34,620 nt of DNA from a virus. Positions within the stretch are counted from its first letter, which is position 1; every line of letters begins with the position of its first letter. Positions 27,521 through 34,620 of this stretch are shown here, one piece after another. The translations under genes were made by a program, and so were the position numbers. The DNA is taken from IMG/VR virus record IMGVR_UViG_3300027996_000008. One strand, written 5' to 3'. Under the pieces are notes generated by a model that was not told the DNA's origin, made no database searches, and was given only the letters and a program-made list of their open reading frames with translations.

Positions 27521-28918
27521 TTAAAAAGGTAAATTATCACATGAATTATCAAATTTATTCGTATCATTGTTTTCATTATAAACAGTTTCATTTTCAGAAT
27601 CTCCACCTTTATCAAATTCAAGAAAATCAACTTTATATATTTCTGGATGCAATTCACCAATGATAGTTTCTTTTCTATTATGATGTCTGTTTTTTATAAT
27701 TGAAATTCTCTGTCTTCCATTTTCCTCTTCTTCATGTGTCATATTCAAACTAACAAAAATATCAGAATCATCAAAAATTGCTTTTGACTCAGAAACACCA
27801 TTTTGGTCTGTTTGTTTACCATTCATCATTTGTTCAGCTCCTTTTCTATTTGGTTGAACCGCTGCTAGAACTGGAATTTCAAAATCTTTAGACATTGATA
27901 ATAAAGCCTTTGACACAGTTGATCCATTCAGATACATATTATCAGAATTAATACCACTTTTCACTAATCCAATATAATCTACAATAACCATAGTTGGTGC
28001 AAGATCTTTTTGAATCATTGTTTCAATTTTTGCTCTTATTGATGCTGGTGTGTGATCTGATTTATCATCTACAATTATTTTTCCATATTTGTTTCTAAAT
28101 CTTTCTCTTCTGATAGACCACTCATCATTATTTTCATGAAACATTTGTTTACACTTTTTAACAGGCATATTGAAAAAATTAGCTTCTGTTCTCTGAGCAA
28201 TATCTTTCTTTGTCATTTCAAGCGAAAAATATAAAACAATGTTCTTTTTATTTTCTCTCATATGGTCACATGCAAGACTATGTAATAAACGACTCTTTCC
28301 AGCTCCAGATGCACCCATAATAACGAATAAACACTTTTTAGGCATTCCACCACCAGTTGATCTATTCCATATGTTTGAAAGAAATTTTTGTCTTATTTCT
28401 GGATCATCATATATTTCTTTCATTGTTCCATCATTATGCCAATCCAACATTTCATCTTTTCCAAAACTAAATGTTTGAACTTCTTTTAATTTTTCATCAA
28501 TTGAAGAAGTATCAAATCCATTTTTTTCAATACTTTTATATTGTGTTGCACAATCTAACGCCATAAGTGCAAATGTTCTATTTTTCCACCATACTTCAGT
28601 AGATTGTAGAAATGGATCAATATCAGAAAGATTGTAATTATTTTTATCACATCTAACAATAGCTAGTTTTTCATCAATGATTTTTTTATCTTGTTTTAAT
28701 TCATTATTAAGAATTAATATTTCAATATTGTCTAATGGCATTTTCTGAAATCTAGTATAATAATTGTATATTGTATCAAATACTTCTGCACATAAATCAC
28801 TTTTAAACATATTTCTTTTAATATTTGAAAACACTTCTGATCGATATGCTGCATTATTCAAAAGAAATCTAATAAGATTCATTTCTGAAATTGGTTCTAT
28901 CTTAGATTTCTTCTTCAT
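27521..28918 (-). CDS. gp41: Replicative DnaB-like helicase
   Basis: GGMPKK, Walker A GASGAGKS, YFSLEM, VIVDYI, AVQPNR, SES, IIKNR. Confidence 0.9.
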   Translation of the reverse strand: MKKKSKIEPISEMNLIRFLLNNAAYRSEVFSNIKRNMFKSDLCAEVFDTIYNYYTRFQKMPLDNIEILILNNELKQDKKIIDEKLAIVRCDKNNYNLSDIDPFLQSTEVWWKNRTFALMALDCATQYKSIEKNGFDTSSIDEKLKEVQTFSFGKDEMLDWHNDGTMKEIYDDPEIRQKFLSNIWNRSTGGGMPKKCLFVIMGASGAGKSRLLHSLACDHMRENKKNIVLYFSLEMTKKDIAQRTEANFFNMPVKKCKQMFHENNDEWSIRRERFRNKYGKIIVDDKSDHTPASIRAKIETMIQKDLAPTMVIVDYIGLVKSGINSDNMYLNGSTVSKALLSMSKDFEIPVLAAVQPNRKGAEQMMNGKQTDQNGVSESKAIFDDSDIFVSLNMTHEEEENGRQRISIIKNRHHNRKETIIGELHPEIYKVDFLEFDKGGDSENETVYNENNDTNKFDNSCDNLPF

Positions 28919-29030
28919 GAACACCTGCTAAGAATCCAGGAAATAAATCATTATCTTCTAATTTTTCTTCTTCTTTGAATAAATCATGTAATAATTCTTC
29001 TTTTTCATATTTTTTAAAAAATAGTTTCAT
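28902..29030 (-). CDS. 42-aa acidic hypothetical protein between uvsX and the helicase
   Basis: Translated by hand (MKLFFKKYEKEELLHDLFKEEEKLEDNDLFPGFLAGVHEEEI); AGGAG RBS; occupies the position of T4 gene 40, no homology seen. Confidence 0.5.
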   Translation of the reverse strand: MKLFFKKYEKEELLHDLFKEEEKLEDNDLFPGFLAGVHEEEI

Positions 29031-29031
29031 A

Positions 29032-30195
29032 TTAAACTCCTATTTCATCATCAAGTGTTTGATCTTTTTGTGTCTCTAACTCATAGAAAAATTTGAATTT
29101 CTTATCAACATATTCTAATAATTCCCTTGTCCAAAATTCTGATTTCTTTTTACCTTTCAATTCACTTGAAAAAACTTCAAATCCTATTTCTGGAATTGAT
29201 ATTTTAGAACCTTTTGATCCACCTTTTACTCGCTTAACTAATTTATGATTTTCAAGAAATTGCCACAAACCAGAATATCTATCCATACCAACCTTAAATC
29301 TAATATCTAATTCAACCTTTGAAATCTTTTCTGCAATAAATCTTGATTTTGTAGGGATAATTTTTACCTTTGTACCTGTAACAATTCCATTGCCGTCTGA
29401 TGTTTTTGGAACATATAAATCATTTGCACCAACACCTTCTTGATCTCTTGTTTTTGCTTTCAGAAGTCTAATTTTAACGTCAGGTGAATATTCAGCACCT
29501 TGACCACCCTTTGTTTTCTTTTTATCAACCTCAGCAACCCGACCATAACCAGCATTCATAAAATCAGCGTATATATGATTAGTATATGCACAAGCAACAT
29601 CAAATTCAGCAAATGGCATCGTAATCATATTGAAATAAGCTTTGATCAATTGTGGTTCTGTCATAACTTTGACATCCTTTCCCTTTAGCATATTTTCATG
29701 CTGTTTTCTAGGTGACAACATACCTAGAGAATCCAAGCAATAAAAGAAATTAATATTTGGATCTTCTGCTTTTAATTCTTTGATCATTTCAATAATTTCT
29801 GCTGTTTGTTGATGTAAATCTTCATGAAATTTAACAGGAAATGTTAGAAATCTATCATTCTCATTATCAGACAAAGATTTTTCCATCTTTTCCTTGACAA
29901 TTGATCCTTCAGACTCAAATAAAATAACATAATTTTTTGGATTATTTTTAACAAAAAACAACAATGAATTGATTAACAAATAAGATTTACCAGTTGAACT
30001 ATCACCGGAAAATTCAATTAGTTTTCCTGTAGGAATTCCACCAAATATACTTCCTGAAACAATTGCATTAAGCATATAGTTACCCATATCATGATATTCT
30101 TTTATTTCATAAATTGTTGAGTCAAGGATTCTTGATGCGTATTTGTTTGAATTAGCATTTAAAATTCTATCAGCAATTGATAATTTCTTAGCCAT
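29032..30195 (-). CDS. uvsX: RecA-like recombinase
   Basis: LNAIVSGSIFGGIP, Walker A GDSSTGKS, FESE, LDSLGML, TNHIY, KSRF; start 30195 after GGAGG. Confidence 0.92.
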   Translation of the reverse strand: MAKKLSIADRILNANSNKYASRILDSTIYEIKEYHDMGNYMLNAIVSGSIFGGIPTGKLIEFSGDSSTGKSYLLINSLLFFVKNNPKNYVILFESEGSIVKEKMEKSLSDNENDRFLTFPVKFHEDLHQQTAEIIEMIKELKAEDPNINFFYCLDSLGMLSPRKQHENMLKGKDVKVMTEPQLIKAYFNMITMPFAEFDVACAYTNHIYADFMNAGYGRVAEVDKKKTKGGQGAEYSPDVKIRLLKAKTRDQEGVGANDLYVPKTSDGNGIVTGTKVKIIPTKSRFIAEKISKVELDIRFKVGMDRYSGLWQFLENHKLVKRVKGGSKGSKISIPEIGFEVFSSELKGKKKSEFWTRELLEYVDKKFKFFYELETQKDQTLDDEIGV

Positions 30196-30394
30196 ATAAA
30201 ACCTCCGTGTCATTTTTATATTCTGTTGCAATTTCTTCAAATTTAGAATCTATCAAATCATCTAGATTAATAGTGAATCTAATCTCTTCTTCACCATTTA
30301 TGATAAAAATTCCATGCACTTGACCATTTGCAGAAATCATTGTGTGAAAATTACATACGCCTTCCACACCATCAAATGAAAGTTTTCTTTTCAT
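30188..30394 (-). CDS. Hypothetical protein (68 aa)
   Basis: AGGAGG RBS; overlaps both neighbours. Confidence 0.65.
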   Translation of the reverse strand: MKRKLSFDGVEGVCNFHTMISANGQVHGIFIINGEEEIRFTINLDDLIDSKFEEIATEYKNDTEVLYG

Positions 30395-30522
30395 TTTAAC
30401 CTCCTTTTACATTTTTTTATTAATTCTTCTGCTTGTTTTAGATCTTCTGAATTGAAGATTTTGAAACCATTATTAGTCATTGAGACTAATCTTTCTAATG
30501 ATTGTAATAATTCTCTTTCCAT
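30391..30522 (-). CDS. 43-aa hypothetical protein (MERELLQSLERLVSMTNNGFKIFNSEDLKQAEELIKKCKRRLK)
   Basis: Translated by hand; GGAGG RBS, sigma70 promoter, ATGA overlap with the next ORF. Confidence 0.6.
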   Translation of the reverse strand: MERELLQSLERLVSMTNNGFKIFNSEDLKQAEELIKKCKRRLK

Positions 30523-30526
30523 ATAC

Positions 30527-30583
30527 AACCTCCAAAGAACAATTTTACATTTACTATTATACTTATTTTTTAAAGAATGTCAA
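30527..30583 (-). repeat. 57-bp promoter+RBS direct repeat, copy 1
   Basis: 2 mismatches to 31526..31582; contains TTGACA-N16-TATAAT and GAGGTT. Confidence 0.9.
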
Positions 30584-30726
30584 TCGATTTTTGAAAGATT
30601 TTTATTTTTTGATAGATTATTTAATAAAGAATGTCAATATAATAGTGTATGAGGGTTTGAATTGATCGATTTAAATAGGTAAACAGGATTAATTGATAGT
30701 TGTGTATGGGATTGATTAAATTGGTG

Positions 30727-31521
30727 TTATATATGAATATGTTTCCATGTTATGTTATATGCTATTTTTTCAACTACTCTATATGTTATATCATACATTT
30801 CTGCAATAAATTTATATGTTAGTTTAAGTTCAGTTTCATTTCTTAATTGTAATAAAATTTTTATTTCTCTAACAATATCATTTGTTAGATTTGTGTCTAT
30901 ACTATCTTCACCACGTCTATGTATTTTTTGTGTGTATAAAATTTTTTCATCTATTGACACATGTTTCCACGTTTTTTCACTTTTTATATTTCTTATTATA
31001 TGTTCAGATACACTAAACATTTCAGAAACAAGTTTTGTAGTTATTTTTAACTTATATTTGTAACACATGTTTAGTATTGTTTTAATTTCTTTTACTGTTT
31101 GCTCATTTATTAAAGCTCTTGGATTATTTGAACCTTTTGTTTGTTCTGATACTAATTTTCTATACTCATTTGTTATTTCAAGTCTCAACGGATCCATTAA
31201 ATTATAATTTATATCACTATTACAACCACAAAATTTATCTAAATAGAATGATTCCATTTCTAATAAAAGCATTTCCGAACAAATTTTAACTATTTCAAAT
31301 TCAAAATTTTCAGAACTATATTTATTCCAAGATCTTTGTAAATATTTATTATCGTGTTCATTTTTATTTAAAGTTCTTAAATGACCCTTTTTCCATCTTT
31401 TAAAAATATCAACACTTGAACCAATATAAACTTTATTATTAATTAAATTAACAATTTTATATATCCCGCAATATTTACCAAAAACAGATGGTTTAGTTTC
31501 TAAAATTTCTTGACATTTCAT
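30727..31521 (-). CDS. Free-standing GIY-YIG homing endonuclease (Seg-like) with two C-terminal HTH repeats
   Basis: GIYKIVNLINNKVYIGSS, RW..H, LQRSWNKY, FEFEI; two repeats ending TWKH. Confidence 0.9.
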   Translation of the reverse strand: MKCQEILETKPSVFGKYCGIYKIVNLINNKVYIGSSVDIFKRWKKGHLRTLNKNEHDNKYLQRSWNKYSSENFEFEIVKICSEMLLLEMESFYLDKFCGCNSDINYNLMDPLRLEITNEYRKLVSEQTKGSNNPRALINEQTVKEIKTILNMCYKYKLKITTKLVSEMFSVSEHIIRNIKSEKTWKHVSIDEKILYTQKIHRRGEDSIDTNLTNDIVREIKILLQLRNETELKLTYKFIAEMYDITYRVVEKIAYNITWKHIHI

Positions 31522-31525
31522 TTCT

Positions 31526-31582
31526 AACCTCTAAATAACAATTTTACATTTACTATTATACTTATTTTTTAAAGAATGTCAA
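31526..31582 (-). repeat. 57-bp promoter+RBS direct repeat, copy 2
   Basis: As copy 1; positioned to drive the endonuclease gene. Confidence 0.9.
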
Positions 31583-31585
31583 GAT

Positions 31586-31610
31586 AAAAAAAGGCACTCC
31601 GAAGAGTGCC
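31586..31610 (-). terminator. Rho-independent terminator after the major capsid gene
   Basis: GGCACTC-TTCG-GAGTGCC followed by T7; cUUCGg tetraloop typical of T4 terminators. Confidence 0.92.
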
Positions 31611-31637
31611 CATAAAATATAGTCAAATAAATTTAAC

Positions 31638-33047
31638 TTATATTGTTCCTACAACACTTCCAGGCAAATTTGAAATTACGATTCTTCTGAAGAAGTCGTT
31701 GTTCCCTGTTGTGTTCGCCATTGGATGGTTTTTGAACGCATAAAATGATTCAAAGAAGGAAACAGGCTGGCCGGTTTCATCCTTGATTGTTTCATACTCT
31801 GCATATGTTAAATACGGACAAAAGAAAGATCCTGCCTTAGTTTCTGATGCTGCATCACCACTAAAATCTTTACAACCCATATCAATAACAGTACTTGTTT
31901 CAAAAACATTAACATAAACTCTGAAAACACCATTAAGAATTCCGCCAAAAGGATTCATCATAATATTAGCCATTTTTCCAGGAAGCATTGAAGTATCAAG
32001 TTTTCCACTTGCAAGTAAACTAGCATAAGAAATTGGATCAACAACAATATAATTACCCATTACAAGGTGATTAGCTTGAAGAAGTTCATTTGAAACTCTC
32101 ATCAAACCAGCAATTAGATTGTCATATTTTTCTCTTTCATATCTACCATCAGCAACATCATAATCCCATGTTTTAATTCCACCAGTAATAGAATTAGTTT
32201 TTACAAGATTGAAACAACCTTTGTTGATTCCACCAGCAAGCGCATCAGCACCAAGACTAGAAATCAAACGTTTTCCATTTAATCCATGATAATCTTTAAG
32301 ACGTCTTAACAATTCTCTTGTATAACGTGATTTAATTTTATGAGGAATAGCAGCAACATCAAAACTATCAATTTTGAGTTCAACTTCTTTCATATTTGTA
32401 CTAGCAGCTTCACCAAGTACTAAACTAGCAAATGCAGCATAATCAGCAAGAAGAGTCATTCCCATTTCACTATCAAATACATTAGAAACAGTTGTTTCTC
32501 TAGAAGAAAAAGATGCTGTATTATCAACTTCATCAGCAGCAGCAAAATCACCAGAAACTATTTCAACAAAAAGAATATGATTAAGAGCTTCAATATATCT
32601 AACTTTTCCAACACCAGCATCAGCAGTTGAAGATATATCTCCACCAACTGTAAAACTTGAACTATCAGCAACAATCAAAAATCTACCATCATCAATATCA
32701 ACAGGAATAGCTTCACTGTTTGTGTAGTGATTAGTCATGTAAAAAGCTTTTCCAGTATCAGCTTTCATTACAAAATTTCCAAAAATCTCAAGAGGAGCAA
32801 GCTGTTTGAATGCCCTTGAAATCATAGGTATAAAAAGTTTATCCATAACAGCAACATCAGCAGTTGTGTTTGTTTCAGCAAGATCTTCAAGACTTTCAAG
32901 CTGATTTTCAATTAGTGTTGCAATAATTTCTTTTTTCTGAAATTCATCACCAATACCTTGTCCTTCAAGGACATTGCTGTATTTTTCAACAGCAGTTTCA
33001 GAAGTCGTTTTAAGACCCTCCACTAGTAAGTTTCTTTCTTTAGCCAT
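31638..33047 (-). CDS. gp23: Major capsid protein
   Basis: LIENQ, IPMISRA, TGKAFY, EVELKI, KIKSRYTREL, YHGLN, GNYIVV, RVYVN, FFCPY, TGQP; likely start 33047 after GGAG; late promoter at 33088-33095. Confidence 0.92.
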   Translation of the reverse strand: MAKERNLLVEGLKTTSETAVEKYSNVLEGQGIGDEFQKKEIIATLIENQLESLEDLAETNTTADVAVMDKLFIPMISRAFKQLAPLEIFGNFVMKADTGKAFYMTNHYTNSEAIPVDIDDGRFLIVADSSSFTVGGDISSTADAGVGKVRYIEALNHILFVEIVSGDFAAADEVDNTASFSSRETTVSNVFDSEMGMTLLADYAAFASLVLGEAASTNMKEVELKIDSFDVAAIPHKIKSRYTRELLRRLKDYHGLNGKRLISSLGADALAGGINKGCFNLVKTNSITGGIKTWDYDVADGRYEREKYDNLIAGLMRVSNELLQANHLVMGNYIVVDPISYASLLASGKLDTSMLPGKMANIMMNPFGGILNGVFRVYVNVFETSTVIDMGCKDFSGDAASETKAGSFFCPYLTYAEYETIKDETGQPVSFFESFYAFKNHPMANTTGNNDFFRRIVISNLPGSVVGTI

Positions 33048-33090
33048 TTTTTTCTCCAAAAAATAAGTTAGTAATCGTTTTTTTATATAT

Positions 33091-34620
33091 TTATATTAAT
33101 TCAAAGCCCCTATCTTTAAGTTTCTGTTCTTCCTCAGTCAAAAATGATTTTTCGTCTTTGTCTTCATCAACAACTTCACCTTCTTTTAATTCGTCTTTGA
33201 TTGTTTTTATTGCTTCTTCTAGATCTTTTTCATCTTCAACTTCAAGTGATGCAACCAATTCATCAAATCTATCTTTAGTTGTATCATATTTAAGATCTTT
33301 TTTAGATTCTTCAATTATTTTTGTTACATCAATTTTATTTTCTTCAACATCTTCTTTAACTTTTTTAAGATCATTCATGCTTTTTCCACAACCTTCACAT
33401 TTGTATTTCATTTTTCCTTCTTCAAGTTCAACATCTTCTTTCATAACCCAGATTTTTCCTTCAACTCTACAATATGGACAAACAGCTTTTTTATCAAATG
33501 CAATATATTCTTCTTTTACAGATTCTTTATCTTCAGTTTCTAAATCTTCAACTTTTTCACAAACTTCAATTTTCAATTCTTCATCTTCAACAACTCTATT
33601 ATTTTCTTCAATTAGAAACTTTATAATGAAATCTTTATCTTCATCAGATTCAGCAAGATCTTTAATATCATTCATCCAAGCAACAAATTCTTCTTCATTT
33701 CTTTCAGCAACAAGTTTTTCAGCAATTTCTTTGACTTTGTCTTCACCTACAAGACCGTTAAATTTTTCAAGATCTTCATTCAATTTAGCAAGACCTTCTT
33801 CTAGACCTTTTTCATAACCTTTTTTAAATTCAACTAATTCTTCATCTTCTTTAATTTCAGCAACATCATTTGCATTGTATGCATCTTTAAATCCTTCTGC
33901 ATATCCATTATCATAAGTAGCTTCCATTTCATCTTCTTCATCAACCTTTTCTGAAATTGCTGTATTCCAACCATCTCTGTAAGCAATTGCATAATCATTT
34001 TCATCACGATCTTCAACTTTCATTTCGTTGAGACCTTTATCAAAATCTTCGTATCCATGTACATAACCAATCATGTAATCATGTGTAGATTCTTCTTTTA
34101 CAGGTTCTTTATCTTCAGTTTCTTCTTTCTCTTCAATTTTCAATTCTTTGATTTCTTTTTTCATTTCAACAACAACATCATAAAGATCTGCAATTGTTAA
34201 ACTTGCTCTTTCTTCTGCTATTTTTGCTTCATTTTCTGCTATAACTTCTTTATAAGCTTTAACATACTCTTCAGACAGATTTTCAAAAGATTCTTTAACA
34301 GTATTACCATCAATATCTCTCATTGCATCTGTTTTTCCAAATAATTCATCTCTGTTCATCTTCTTTTCCTCTTTATTATTTTCAATAATTTTGTTATCTT
34401 CATTATTATTTATATCTTCAAATATTTCATCTTTATCTAAATTTGTGTATAAAAGATGTTTGTCCTTATCATATGTTGCAACGTGTGTTTTCATCATAAA
34501 ACAATTGATATATTTACTATCTTCTTTACATTTAATTTTTTTATGTGTTTTCTGAAATTTGAAAAAATCCATAGGTGTCATTATATGAACTGATGCAAAT
34601 TTTCCCGCATATTTTTCTTC
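33091..34620 (-). CDS. Prohead core/scaffolding protein (gp22-like); reading frame open to the window edge
   Basis: Highly acidic coiled coil with many (I/L/V)xE sites, directly upstream of gp23; possible internal start at 34359 (MNRDELF, GAGG RBS). Confidence 0.65.
   Translation of the reverse strand, partial: EEKYAGKFASVHIMTPMDFFKFQKTHKKIKCKEDSKYINCFMMKTHVATYDKDKHLLYTNLDKDEIFEDINNNEDNKIIENNKEEKKMNRDELFGKTDAMRDIDGNTVKESFENLSEEYVKAYKEVIAENEAKIAEERASLTIADLYDVVVEMKKEIKELKIEEKEETEDKEPVKEESTHDYMIGYVHGYEDFDKGLNEMKVEDRDENDYAIAYRDGWNTAISEKVDEEDEMEATYDNGYAEGFKDAYNANDVAEIKEDEELVEFKKGYEKGLEEGLAKLNEDLEKFNGLVGEDKVKEIAEKLVAERNEEEFVAWMNDIKDLAESDEDKDFIIKFLIEENNRVVEDEELKIEVCEKVEDLETEDKESVKEEYIAFDKKAVCPYCRVEGKIWVMKEDVELEEGKMKYKCEGCGKSMNDLKKVKEDVEENKIDVTKIIEESKKDLKYDTTKDRFDELVASLEVEDEKDLEEAIKTIKDELKEGEVVDEDKDEKSFLTEEEQKLKDRGFELI

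Noticed and set aside
30452-30665. Plus-strand ORFs 30452-30652 and 30480-30665
   Set aside because: They overlap a minus-strand promoter and a better-supported 43-aa ORF, and lack an RBS.
1-34620. Genome-wide stop-codon reassignment
   Set aside because: Core genes are intact in the standard code, TGA serves as a stop in several ATGA/GTGA overlaps, and TAG ends gp25 at the expected length.

Overview
Very AT-rich fragment of a large T4-like myovirus genome; the host cannot be identified from the sequence. Most genes lie on the minus strand, in an order shuffled relative to T4. From right to left: prohead core/scaffold (5'-truncated), gp23 major capsid, GIY-YIG homing endonuclease, UvsX, gp41 helicase, gp25, gp6, gp7-like wedge, a tail fibre, large terminase (TerL), a sheath paralog in two ORFs, gp18, gp19, gp53, gp54-like, gp26/gp51-like, gp68-like, a tape-measure-like gene and gp15. 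T4-type late promoters (TATAAATA) precede most structural genes, and sigma70-type promoters drive small inserted gene islands. Four features stand out. (1) Eight short ORFs at four loci all begin MKLN(K/R), share DNA across the RBS/start junction and diverge downstream, suggesting a shufflable microgene cassette family. (2) A ~65-aa module is nearly identical between the major capsid insertion-domain position and the tail sheath, with more divergent copies in other tail proteins. (3) A second sheath gene is split by one in-frame TGA and carries Ig-like repeats with two nested beta-propellers. (4) TerL is split by an atypically split intein. All calls come from reading motifs by eye; no database searches were run.
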